This document shows, piece after piece, positions 18,734 through 27,607 of a DNA stretch of 64,000 nucleotides (within the stretch, counting starts at the first letter, position 1; the number at the start of each line of letters is the position of its first letter). The notes beneath the pieces are model-generated. The model searched no databases. It had not been told where the DNA came from and worked only from the letters and a program-made list of their open reading frames with translations. This DNA is from an uncultured Planctomycetales bacterium (GTDB lineage: Bacteria; Omnitrophota; Gorgyraeia; Zapsychrales; JAHFFX01): positions 712,624 to 776,623 of the forward strand of contig CAZTCI010000001.1 in assembly GCA_964612665.1 (NCBI GenBank), read 5' to 3'. Made by a program: the position numbers and the translations under genes.

Positions 18734-20119
18734 TCAATATCCCCGCGGGCCGAGATCTTGGACCCATTTACGCCCGCGGCCTTCCCAAACCCGGCTTCGA
18801 ACATACAAGGTTAAAGAGCCTTCGTCAAAACAAGTTTTATAAACATTGGCCGCTGAAAAACAATTGGCCGTGGGATCACTCCCCAGTCCCGGGGGCACAC
18901 ACACCTCCACGTCGGGATTCCACTGAGTATTAGGCTGATGAACCGGCGCGTCCCAAACCGCGCCACTCCCAGTGCCGCAAACAAATCCGGTATTTCTACT
19001 TAACTGAACAACCCGTTGAACGATGTCTGTAATATTTCTTCTTTGCGTACTTTTAACATTTTGAGTGGCACTAATAATTTTTCCTTCTTCAATTTGAAGG
19101 TACGTTCCATCTCTAGTGTAAGTCCATCCTTGAGTGCCTTCACTTGAAAAACCAGGCGCGGCGCCGGGACTTTTACGGTTATGGGTCATATCCAAATCGC
19201 CTTCTTGAAAATCCAAAACACGCAATAATTTAATAGGAACATTGCCTGAACCTGATTTGTTTTTGCTGTTGGGCGTATATCTTTTGCCCTTTATATCAAC
19301 CATTTCCAAAATTTGTTCTTCCTTTAAATCGTTGTCAACGTCAAGCGAGGCATTCTGGCCTGTCTGCAAATTAATTGAGCTCGTCGTGGCTTTCACCATC
19401 TGCCATTGCCACGTAAAAAGAGGACGGTCGGCGGGTGAAACAATCGTCGTGCCGTCGCGGTAAAGGTCAAAGCAAGTCAGACACGTGTTCCACTTACAAC
19501 GATCGCAGGCATTGGGATCCCAGGCGGTATTCACCTTTAAATTCGGACTAATAGAATACAGGGCCATACAGCCATTCCCTTTCCCATTGCAATCGGGAAT
19601 CCAATTGGGGTCTGTGTCATTTTGTATGTTGTATTCTTTAAAAGCTGCTGTTGTAAATTGAAAATGTAAGCCGTTAATAAAAAAATCGGTGCGGGGAAGA
19701 CTATCGTATTCACCATAGTCAATGGGCATGAAAAGATTTTTAGAAAATGTGGCTGAAGCTCCGACGATAAACGGCGAACGCGATTGGACACCGAATTTAC
19801 TCTCTTCAGCGCTTAAACGGTCTTCAACGATGAGGACACTGGCAATATTGCGCGAGGCGTTGCCGGGTTTTTTAGACATGCGGTTTTTTCCGGTTTCGGC
19901 GGCCCGCAGAGACGTGGCCATAGCCATACGCATCGCTTTCAATGATTCACTTTGCGAAGTTCCAGCACTTAATGCATAACGAATCATCATGCCTAACATA
20001 AAAATCAAAACAGCTCCAAAAACGGCGAGTTCAGTTGACGTTTGAGCTTTTGAGTAAATGCTCTTGAACAACTTAATATCCCCCAATAATTGTATCTCCC
20101 GTCTTCGTTTCGAGGGCAT
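18734..20119 (-). CDS. large TadE/TadG-like pseudopilin-family protein (about 445-461 aa), Cys-containing ectodomain
   Basis: N-term …LFKSIYSKAQTSTELAVFGAVLIFMLGMMI resembles the pilin leaders. Track start overlaps upstream pilin gene by 47 nt, so the real start may be an internal non-ATG codon. Confidence 0.5.
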   Translation of the reverse strand: MPSKRRREIQLLGDIKLFKSIYSKAQTSTELAVFGAVLIFMLGMMIRYALSAGTSQSESLKAMRMAMATSLRAAETGKNRMSKKPGNASRNIASVLIVEDRLSAEESKFGVQSRSPFIVGASATFSKNLFMPIDYGEYDSLPRTDFFINGLHFQFTTAAFKEYNIQNDTDPNWIPDCNGKGNGCMALYSISPNLKVNTAWDPNACDRCKWNTCLTCFDLYRDGTTIVSPADRPLFTWQWQMVKATTSSINLQTGQNASLDVDNDLKEEQILEMVDIKGKRYTPNSKNKSGSGNVPIKLLRVLDFQEGDLDMTHNRKSPGAAPGFSSEGTQGWTYTRDGTYLQIEEGKIISATQNVKSTQRRNITDIVQRVVQLSRNTGFVCGTGSGAVWDAPVHQPNTQWNPDVEVCVPPGLGSDPTANCFSAANVYKTCFDEGSLTLYVRSRVWEGRGRKWVQDLGPRGY

Positions 20120-20387
20120 CAGATCTGTCGACGCGGTTGGTCCAGACTCCGTTCAGCGTCGTGTCATTAACCGCAACAATTTGCATTTCTTCATTGGCAA
20201 CACGGCTATAGTTAATAATGGTATTTGAAACGCGCGGATCGTATTGGTCTCCTAAATCATCAACTGTACTTCGCCACCGTCCGGAGATGCCTCGTTTCAT
20301 ATAATTGCTCATCGCAATAAAAGCACCAATGATGACCATTATCAAAACCGTGTATTCAATCGTCGATTGTCCTTTGCGTTTAAACAT
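20073..20387 (-). CDS. Flp-type pilin paralog G (104 aa)
   Basis: MFKRKGQSTIEYTVLIMVIIGAF… (G/QSTI-EY); KRGISGRWRSTVDDLGDQYDP family motif. Confidence 0.7.
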   Translation of the reverse strand: MFKRKGQSTIEYTVLIMVIIGAFIAMSNYMKRGISGRWRSTVDDLGDQYDPRVSNTIINYSRVANEEMQIVAVNDTTLNGVWTNRVDRSDALETKTGDTIIGGY

Positions 20388-20423
20388 TGAATCCTCTTTT
20401 ATTTGAAAAGAATAAAAACAAAT

Positions 20424-20837
20424 TTAATTATCCGCATTAATGGTGTTTGAAAAACCTAAATTTGAAACTGAATTGGATATAACATCGCCGGAATCATTGT
20501 AAATAAAATCAATGGCGCCGGAATTTTCTTTCCGGCTTTTATTTGTATTAGACCTCGTCGCTGAATAGGCCTGCATCAAATAGCCGCCGTAAGGCACGAT
20601 CCGCTGGTCAGATTCATTTTGTATGCCAACCTGATCAGCCGTGACCTTAATAACACTTTGAATACCGCGCTTACAAGCGTTAAACATCGCAAACAAAACC
20701 ATGGTCACAATTCCAATTAAAAGCATGTACTCCATCATGCTCTGAGCGGTTTTATTTTTTAAGAAATATAGACGGGTGGACTCGGAAGAAGCCGCCGTTT
20801 CCGTCAATAAGAATTTTTTTTTATCGACAAATTTCAT
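20424..20837 (-). CDS. Flp-type pilin paralog F (start uncertain, up to 137 aa)
   Basis: …KNKTAQSMMEYMLLIGIVTMVLFAMF (A/QSMM-EY); CKRGIQS… motif; start codon overlaps stop of paralog E (TAATG). Confidence 0.55.
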   Translation of the reverse strand: MKFVDKKKFLLTETAASSESTRLYFLKNKTAQSMMEYMLLIGIVTMVLFAMFNACKRGIQSVIKVTADQVGIQNESDQRIVPYGGYLMQAYSATRSNTNKSRKENSGAIDFIYNDSGDVISNSVSNLGFSNTINADN

Positions 20838-21226
20838 TAATTACCGCCCGTCAAATTGAAGTCTCTCGGCGGCAATTGATTACTATCAGTGGTGACTCTA
20901 ACTTGGTCCGTAAATTTGTCGCCGAAGATACCTGTTGTGCCGCCACCTTGGAGCGTTTGAACGGAATTCATTAAACTATCGACATTGCTTTGTGTCTGCA
21001 CGTAGTAAGGTTCATACTCCTGTAAAATTACATTACCAAGTGTGGCCGTATTGCTTGTGGCAATGCTGTGAATCATATAATTCCGGGCATCCCAAATCCG
21101 TCCCTGCAAAGATCTTTTTACATAAACCGACATCGCCGAAATAACTGCAATCACTAAGAAAAAAGTGATCACATATTCTGAGGTTGCCTGTCCCAATTTA
21201 TGCAAAACAATTTTAGAGTGAAACAT
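20837..21226 (-). CDS. Flp-type pilin paralog E (129 aa)
   Basis: …HKLGQATSEYVITFFLVIAVISAM… ; KRSLQGRIWDA…EYEPYY motif. Confidence 0.65.
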   Translation of the reverse strand: MFHSKIVLHKLGQATSEYVITFFLVIAVISAMSVYVKRSLQGRIWDARNYMIHSIATSNTATLGNVILQEYEPYYVQTQSNVDSLMNSVQTLQGGGTTGIFGDKFTDQVRVTTDSNQLPPRDFNLTGGN

Positions 21227-21400
21227 GTCTTGTTGCTATCATTTTTGTAATTATATTTGTAATAAAAACGGCTATGATTCTGGTTTTGCTGAACGTTAAA
21301 AAGTGCTGTCCCAAAAAACATGGCTTACCCCTCGTCGGGTGACGATTGAGTAAGCCATGTTTTTTGATCTATAGAACAACCCAACTCTATTACCGACGAG

Positions 21401-21724
21401 TTATTTACCCCAGAATGTCTGGTCTACGTTGATAATAGTTGAATCTTGGTTAATTAAGGTTGTTTCATTGGTGGCCATTTCTGAGCGGCTGATACCTTTG
21501 TCAAAAGTTTCAAAGGTTCTACCCTTTGTCATTGTCGACTTGTTCGCCTTGGTGTTCCCTGGGTCAAATTGATCACCGATATCATCGGTAGCACTCTTTA
21601 ACCGGCCTTGAACACCGCGCTTAATGTAAACTTGAATGGACAAAAGAGCACCAATAATAATGATAATCAAAACAGCATACTCCAAGGTGCTTTGTCCTTT
21701 CATTTTTCTTAGCAATTTAAACAT
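21401..21724 (-). CDS. Flp-type pilin paralog D (107 aa)
   Basis: MFKLLRKMKGQSTLEYAVLIIIIIGALL; KRGVQGRLKSATDDIGDQFDP; AAGGAGG RBS upstream. Confidence 0.7.
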   Translation of the reverse strand: MFKLLRKMKGQSTLEYAVLIIIIIGALLSIQVYIKRGVQGRLKSATDDIGDQFDPGNTKANKSTMTKGRTFETFDKGISRSEMATNETTLINQDSTIINVDQTFWGK

Positions 21725-21782
21725 TGATTAGTCCTCCTTAAAATTAGACATAAAGTTGCTTGCTTAACAAATGAAGCGGGTA

Positions 21783-22139
21783 TTAATGGCCAAGAACTTC
21801 GCCAAAATTCCCGTAATTAGACTGTTGGAAACCACCTAGGTCTCTATTGCGTGTACTATTTTCCAACTGACTGACTACACCCTTGTCTAACTGTTGGGTC
21901 TGATTCATGTCTCTGGAAATAGCGTAATTACTTTGTAGATAATACGGTTCGTATTGATCCGTAGCGCCCAAGCTGGATGTTTGGCTGGTTAAAAATTTAC
22001 CAGCATCGCGGATTCTACCTTGAAGACTTCGTTGCGCATATGTCTGCATGGCAATGATAGCCGCGACAACCAAAGCGATCAAAAGTGCATATTCTGCAGT
22101 GTTCTGACCTTTCTTATTTCTATTTATTCTTTTAAACAT
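21783..22139 (-). CDS. Flp-type pilin paralog C (118 aa)
   Basis: MFKRINRNKKGQNTAEYALLIALVVAAIIAM; QRSLQGRIRDA…DQYEPYY; GGAGG RBS. Confidence 0.7.
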   Translation of the reverse strand: MFKRINRNKKGQNTAEYALLIALVVAAIIAMQTYAQRSLQGRIRDAGKFLTSQTSSLGATDQYEPYYLQSNYAISRDMNQTQQLDKGVVSQLENSTRNRDLGGFQQSNYGNFGEVLGH

Positions 22140-22192
22140 TTATTTTTCCTCCTCGATGTGAATAAAACAAACCTGATTTCCCATGATTTAAG

Positions 22193-22390
22193 TTATGGTG
22201 ATAATGGCCGAGAACCAGAAAGTCTTATTGACATGTTGTTCATGCCATTTGTACCTTGAGTCAAGGTAGCGTTAAGGCTAGTCTGGAAAATCCCAGTTTT
22301 ACTGGCCAAAAAGCCAAGTAAAACGACTACAACGGCCGTCACCAAGAGAATGTACTCCAGCGTTGATTGACCTCTTTTGTTTTTCAACAT
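22193..22390 (-). CDS. Flp-type pilin paralog B (65 aa, classic Flp length)
   Basis: MLKNKRGQSTLEYILLVTAVVVVLLGFL; AAGGAGG RBS 8 nt upstream. Confidence 0.7.
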   Translation of the reverse strand: MLKNKRGQSTLEYILLVTAVVVVLLGFLASKTGIFQTSLNATLTQGTNGMNNMSIRLSGSRPLSP

Positions 22391-22419
22391 TTATATTCCT
22401 CCTTGAACAAATAATGACG

Positions 22420-22584
22420 TTAATTATTGGCGAACTCCTCTTCAACCACCTTTTCGGTTGCCTGCACGGAACGGAACACGTAGGTGCTCATTGCGACCAT
22501 TGCAGCTGAGACTAAAGCGACAACGACGGCATATTCAATTAGGCTTTGTCCTTTTTTGCTTCGTAGTGTTCTTAAATGCCGCAT
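22420..22584 (-). CDS. Flp-type pilin paralog A (54 aa, classic Flp length)
   Basis: internal Met gives MRHLRTLRSKKGQSLIEYAVVVALVSAAMVAM…; track extension to 22686 runs through a terminator hairpin and is rejected. Confidence 0.65.
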   Translation of the reverse strand: MRHLRTLRSKKGQSLIEYAVVVALVSAAMVAMSTYVFRSVQATEKVVEEEFANN

Positions 22585-22672
22585 TGTGTTTTTCCCACGT
22601 GTTAAAAGGTGATCGTTGCCATCCTCTTGTGCAACCACAAGCAGGAGCTCCACGACCAGGCTGTATAAAAAA

Positions 22673-22698
22673 ACCCTTGAACACAATTGTGTTCAAGG
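22673..22698 (-). terminator. perfect 26-bp palindrome CCCTTGAACACAATTGTGTTCAAGGG followed by T7 on minus strand (intrinsic terminator, possibly also operator)
   Basis: stem 11 bp/loop 4; minus strand continues TTTTTTTATACAG; a related hairpin cccttgaacgctgtcaaggg lies at ~22839-22860. Confidence 0.6.
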
Positions 22699-22907
22699 GT
22701 AGAGAACATAGATAAAGTAGATATAAAATATCTACAGTATTTGATACATATTTTTTTGATATTTGGGCGCATGTTTTTGTGTCTTTGATCAGACGATGAA
22801 AAACATATAATGTAAGACGGTACAAATATACCATGTGCCCTTGAACGCTGTCAAGGGAAAGAGTTTAAAAAATTCGACATATTAACAAATTAAAACACCC
22901 TTTCACA

Positions 22908-24572
22908 CTAAATTAGGACATCCATAGCAAAAAAAGACCCAGACGGGTCTTGAATATTCATATTTTTAAGCATTTTGATCGCAAATTCAAGCTCTTTACG
23001 ATATTGATAATCAGTGGGAACTTGTAATTTCACAATAATCTTTTGACCTATTTTTTGGAAACGGCCCGCCAATTTGTAAAAACGTTCACACATTTGATTA
23101 AAATCAAGTTCTTTGCAATTTTGGCTAAAAAAGTGACATTTGGCATACTCATTTAAAGCTAAGCTTATAACAAACGCATTTTCCAAGAGAGTGGGCACTT
23201 GCATGGGGTCGGATGCTACCATTTTTTCGTAAAAATCGAATGGAATTATTGAATTTTTTATTTCTTTATTGTCCAAACTGTCATTTTTATTTAAAAGTAA
23301 TGAAAAATTCACATCTTCTTTATAATCAAAGTTAAGATTATTAGTAAAAATCAAGCTACTGACCGCGTTAACCTTATTTTCTTCGCTTAAAATAATCAAT
23401 TTTAGAGGAATTTCCTTTGTCACACCCAAAGTTTCACCTTGAACTTCATGCTCACCGACATAAAAAGTTTTGTCTAAATCCTTGCAATAAAATTTTTTTA
23501 ACTTTATGTCTTGCAGAATATTAGAAACGCTACTTATTCTTTCAGGTCTTGTCACAAATAAAAATTGTCGTTTCTTTTTGGGGATTACATTAAATTGGGC
23601 CAATTCGTTGTCATTTTGATCCAAAATTTCTAGTTTGGACATTTCATTAGAAATTCCTTCTAAAGATTCCACTAATTTAAGCTCATTAGGTATATTTTCA
23701 GCCAATCCTTTGTCATATATGGTAATGTAATCCAAATTTGTAATAAAACGTCGTGTTACTTGTTTAATAAATCTTCCTAAAGAAAGGCCTGCGCCTCTTT
23801 CGCCAGATTGAAAAACCACCTGTTCTCTAGCGTCTAAGAAAACCTCTGTTTTGTCTTTTAAAGTTATCTTAAGCGAATTTGCTTCAGCAAAAATTTGTGG
23901 AATCTCATTGCCAACAACAAGAGACAATGTTCTCAAATCAGAAATGCTGTCTAGCAATTTTAAGAGCCTATCAAAACGAATCTTCTCTATCCCACTAAGT
24001 AAAGCCAACCCTGTTCCTTTATACGAATTGAAATCCTCAGGTTTGTTAATACCAAAAGACGGTGCCCATAACAAAACTTCACCAAGTTGGTTCACCTCGT
24101 CGGGATTAAAAATGTTTCCTTCCAAAAATTTTTCTAGAAATCTTCCCATTAAAAATCGTTCACCCAAATCCCATTCGGCAGCCTTTAAAAAAAACAGCCC
24201 TAATCTATCATGCATGGATTCGATTTTTTCTGCTTTTAAATCTTTTTTAGAAGATGTCCAAACGAGAGGGGATTCTTTTTTAGGCGCAAGGAGCAGGTTA
24301 GGTATGGTGAAAAGCTGTTGCTTTTTCTCGACGGGAATTTGAAATTTTTTGACTTTTTTATCTGTAAGGACGGCTGTGCGCCCAACTGGATTGCTCAACT
24401 GAGCGTCTTTGATGATTTGGTTTATGGCGGATTTTGAAACATTGATTTGAAATTTTTCTTCAACAATAGCAACTAAACGCCGGCAGCTTAATTGAGCGTC
24501 AGATTTTTTCTGATCAATAATAAAATCAATGACTTCTTTTCTTAATTTATAAACAACGCCCATGGAAACCAT
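22908..24572 (-). CDS. AT-rich hypothetical protein (554 aa) with N-terminal helix-turn-helix; ORFan-like
   Basis: Strongly K/N/I-rich and much lower GC than its neighbours. N-term LRKEVIDFIIDQKKSDAQLSCRRLVAIVEEKFQINVSKSAINQIIKD resembles resolvase/transposase-type HTH. No catalytic motifs recognised. Confidence 0.5.
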   Translation of the reverse strand: MVSMGVVYKLRKEVIDFIIDQKKSDAQLSCRRLVAIVEEKFQINVSKSAINQIIKDAQLSNPVGRTAVLTDKKVKKFQIPVEKKQQLFTIPNLLLAPKKESPLVWTSSKKDLKAEKIESMHDRLGLFFLKAAEWDLGERFLMGRFLEKFLEGNIFNPDEVNQLGEVLLWAPSFGINKPEDFNSYKGTGLALLSGIEKIRFDRLLKLLDSISDLRTLSLVVGNEIPQIFAEANSLKITLKDKTEVFLDAREQVVFQSGERGAGLSLGRFIKQVTRRFITNLDYITIYDKGLAENIPNELKLVESLEGISNEMSKLEILDQNDNELAQFNVIPKKKRQFLFVTRPERISSVSNILQDIKLKKFYCKDLDKTFYVGEHEVQGETLGVTKEIPLKLIILSEENKVNAVSSLIFTNNLNFDYKEDVNFSLLLNKNDSLDNKEIKNSIIPFDFYEKMVASDPMQVPTLLENAFVISLALNEYAKCHFFSQNCKELDFNQMCERFYKLAGRFQKIGQKIIVKLQVPTDYQYRKELEFAIKMLKNMNIQDPSGSFFAMDVLI

Positions 24573-24794
24573 TTAGCAATTTCAAATTTTTATAGGGATT
24601 TTCAGTATAAGCATGGGGACTTTTTCAGTCAAGAATTTGTTCTTTCTTCTTAAAAACAATTTTCTGCCCGAAGAAAAAATGCGCATAAAATCTTGCAATC
24701 ATAAAGCATTCATTGTTAAATGGTAATCGTAATGTATTTTTAAATTGATACTGAAGCCATAAATAAAATTCAGCCTAATAAAAGGTTAAATTAA

Positions 24795-25064
24795 ATGTCC
24801 AAATGTCCTTATTGTTTTGAAGAACTCCCAGGCAATTTTCTGGAAAAATTTTCAAAAAAAAATTCCCCAGAAGCGCCGCAATGTCCACATTGTTCACAAT
24901 TTATTATTGATCCACTGGTTAACGTTGATTATCCCGGCGTGGATAAAAAGAAGTGCCTTTACTGCGGAATGTTGATTTTAACAGAAGCACGTTTTTGTCG
25001 TTTCTGTCAGAAATGGCTTGATGAATTGGATGCGGCGGCGGATGATGCAGAAAATTTGGAATAA
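24795..25064 (+). CDS. double zinc-ribbon protein (89 aa)
   Basis: CPYC…CPHC and CLYC…CRFC pairs; acidic C-terminus. Confidence 0.5.
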   Translation: MSKCPYCFEELPGNFLEKFSKKNSPEAPQCPHCSQFIIDPLVNVDYPGVDKKKCLYCGMLILTEARFCRFCQKWLDELDAAADDAENLE

Positions 25065-25075
25065 AAAGTAGCGGG

Positions 25076-25426
25076 TTAAGCAGCTAGAATTTGAATAGAA
25101 TCGCCTAATTCAGTTTTGGATTTTGAAATAGTTTTAACAGGAAGTTCAATCGCGCGGTTGGCTTTTAAAAAAATAGGGCTGAGCCGAAATGGTTGTATCT
25201 CCTCGAGTAATCCCACCACTTTTCCAGAGTTATCGATAAAAATAACATCAATAGCAAATCGCATAAACAACATGTGAATTGACTGACAATGAGTAATGAT
25301 CAGCCCTTCTCCGTCGACGATAGATTGTCGGTTTAATAAACCAACCATACGGGTTCTGAAAGTATCCGCGAGGACTGCGCGGTCAGCAATAATTATTTTG
25401 CGGGTGGAATTAAATACGGTAAGCAA
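25076..25426 (-). CDS. DUF192 (COG1430) domain protein
   Basis: …ADTFRTRMVGLLNR…GEGLIITHCQSIHMLFMRFAIDVIFIDNSGKVVGL…AIELPVK matches DUF192 core. Confidence 0.6.
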   Translation of the reverse strand: MLTVFNSTRKIIIADRAVLADTFRTRMVGLLNRQSIVDGEGLIITHCQSIHMLFMRFAIDVIFIDNSGKVVGLLEEIQPFRLSPIFLKANRAIELPVKTISKSKTELGDSIQILAA

Positions 25427-25434
25427 GAGAGTAT

Positions 25435-27603
25435 TTATGGTGTAAAAATGTTTTTATCCAAAGCGATGCCTTTAGAAGAAAAATCTTCGTAACATTTGGG
25501 AACATAACCTGTGGTTTTATAGTCACCTAGAATTTTCCCGTCGCTGTCTGTTCCTAGACGTTCAAAAATAAAAATGTCGCGTAAATCCAACTGGTGTGTC
25601 TTCTGATCAACGCCGGCCACTTCGGTTATGCCGGTTATTTTTCTTGAACCATCTGAAAAACGGTTGACTTGAACGATGATGTCGATGGCTGAGCCGATCA
25701 TTTCATACATGGCGCTTAAGGGAAGTTCAACGCCCGTTAAAAGCATCATGGCCGTTAAACGAACCAAAACATCGCGTGTGGTATTGGCGTGGATTGTCGT
25801 CAAGGAACCATCGTGACCTGTGTTCATAGCCTGCAACATATCTAATACTTCTGCGCCGCGGCACTCACCAATGACAATCCTATCAGGACGCATACGAAGC
25901 GTATTCACAAACAAATCACGAATAGAAACAGCGCCTTTTCCTTCAATGTTCGCCGGGCGTGCTTCCAACCGGCCCCAATGACTGTACGGTTTAAGCCGCA
26001 ATTCGGCGGCGTCTTCTATGGTGATAATGCGTTCTCCGTCGGGAACAAAAAGGGAAATAATGTTAAGCAATGTTGTTTTACCGGCGCCTGTACCGCCGGA
26101 AACAATAATGTTACTTCTTCCCAAAACTGCGGCATGAAGAAAATCAGCCATCGGCTGAGACAAACTCTTAAAGCGATGGATCAAATCGTCAATCGTATAA
26201 CGTTCTTGGCTGAATTTACGGATCGTGACCATTGGTCCATTTAAAGATAACGGACGAATAATAGCATTAATACGAGACCCGTCGGGCAAACGCGCATCAA
26301 CCATCGGTGTCGACTCATCAATACGCCGGCCCAAGGGCGCAACAATACGGTCAATAACCGAACGAACCTGTTGTTCGGAAATAAACCGCCGATTGGTTAA
26401 AATTAATTTCCCATGTTTTTCAATGTAGATCTCATCCTTCTTATTAACCATGATATCGGTGACGTCTGAATCTGCCAAAAACTCTTCGATAGGACCAAGC
26501 CCTAGCGTTTCGTTTACAATTTCTTTAACCAGCCGGGTTCGCTCTTCATGGGAAGAAATGATAGCGCCCGCTTCCTCGGCGAGAATATTGCTGACAATTT
26601 TTTCAGTTGTCTCACGGATTTTCTGAAACTGCTGCGGGTTCGCCAAGGCTTCCGGAGTCAGGTCTTTTAAATCCATCTTGCCTAACAACTTTTCATGGGT
26701 CTTCTTTTTAAGCCGAACGACTTCGTCTTCTTCGTTAACATTGTAAATTTTATCTTTCCCTTTTTCCTGTACGCCTTGAGCAATGCCAAATTTTTCCCAA
26801 AACTCACCCGGCTTACCTAAATCTTCTGTTGTTCTTAATTTAGCTATGTCGGTCGCCTGCACAAAAAGTCCAGGCGCATTTAAATCGTTGACCATCTTAT
26901 TAAAAGCCGCCGCGACTTTGCTGCGCGGACTATCAACGACACAGGGAACGCCGCGGTTTAAAGCCATTCCAACCGCTTTTCCGTCGGAAGGAATTTGGGC
27001 AAAAATTTCGCAAGCCAAGGCCGCCTTAACTTCCTGCCAGGCAACCCCGCCATAACTTTCAGCACGGTTTAAAATTAACCTGACCATTTTGAGAGGGAAA
27101 TGCAGGCTCTGTAAAACTTCTAAGGCCGTTCGGATTTGATAAACAGCCAGAATATCTGGTGTCGCAATAAGAAAAATTAGATTGGAATAATCTAAAATGG
27201 TGATCAGCGTCTCGCTAAAGGCCTTACCGCCGTCGATAATAATGTAATCGTAAAGCTGGCCAACTTTTTTAAGAAAGGGTTTAATATTGTCAGGTGTAAT
27301 GTGACCAACTTGGCGGACGTGCGTGACGGCGGGGAGAAAATCAAATCCAGCAGAATGCGCCACAACATATCTTTTAATAATCGTGGGGTCGTTGTCTTTT
27401 TCTATTTCAGCCAAAAGATCAACGATAGCTAGACGGGGGGACAAATTGAGCATCCGGGCCATATCCTGAGCGGCCTGGAAGTCCATGTCCAAAAGCAAAA
27501 CCTTGTGGCCGCTCAACGCCAATGCCGTCGAGAGATTGACACACACAAAAGTTTTGCCAACCCCACCTTTATTACTAAAAACTGCTACGCTTTTTGCAGG
27601 CAT
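25435..27603 (-). CDS. tadZ-tadA: fused TadZ/CpaE-like ParA-family ATPase (N-term, about 260 aa) + TadA/CpaF secretion ATPase (C-term); 722 aa
   Basis: N-term deviant Walker A VFSNKGGVGKT (MinD/ParA/CpaE). C-term SGGTGAGKTTLLN…ITIEDAAEL…TGHDGSLTTIHANT (VirB11/CpaF family). One uninterrupted ORF. Confidence 0.8.
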   Translation of the reverse strand: MPAKSVAVFSNKGGVGKTFVCVNLSTALALSGHKVLLLDMDFQAAQDMARMLNLSPRLAIVDLLAEIEKDNDPTIIKRYVVAHSAGFDFLPAVTHVRQVGHITPDNIKPFLKKVGQLYDYIIIDGGKAFSETLITILDYSNLIFLIATPDILAVYQIRTALEVLQSLHFPLKMVRLILNRAESYGGVAWQEVKAALACEIFAQIPSDGKAVGMALNRGVPCVVDSPRSKVAAAFNKMVNDLNAPGLFVQATDIAKLRTTEDLGKPGEFWEKFGIAQGVQEKGKDKIYNVNEEDEVVRLKKKTHEKLLGKMDLKDLTPEALANPQQFQKIRETTEKIVSNILAEEAGAIISSHEERTRLVKEIVNETLGLGPIEEFLADSDVTDIMVNKKDEIYIEKHGKLILTNRRFISEQQVRSVIDRIVAPLGRRIDESTPMVDARLPDGSRINAIIRPLSLNGPMVTIRKFSQERYTIDDLIHRFKSLSQPMADFLHAAVLGRSNIIVSGGTGAGKTTLLNIISLFVPDGERIITIEDAAELRLKPYSHWGRLEARPANIEGKGAVSIRDLFVNTLRMRPDRIVIGECRGAEVLDMLQAMNTGHDGSLTTIHANTTRDVLVRLTAMMLLTGVELPLSAMYEMIGSAIDIIVQVNRFSDGSRKITGITEVAGVDQKTHQLDLRDIFIFERLGTDSDGKILGDYKTTGYVPKCYEDFSSKGIALDKNIFTP

Positions 27604-27607
27604 TTTT

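Noticed and set aside
22585-22686. Upstream extension of pilin A ORF (MCSRVFLY…)
   Set aside because: Runs through the 26-bp palindromic terminator; the pilin leader MRHLRTLRSKKGQSLIEY starts at the internal Met.
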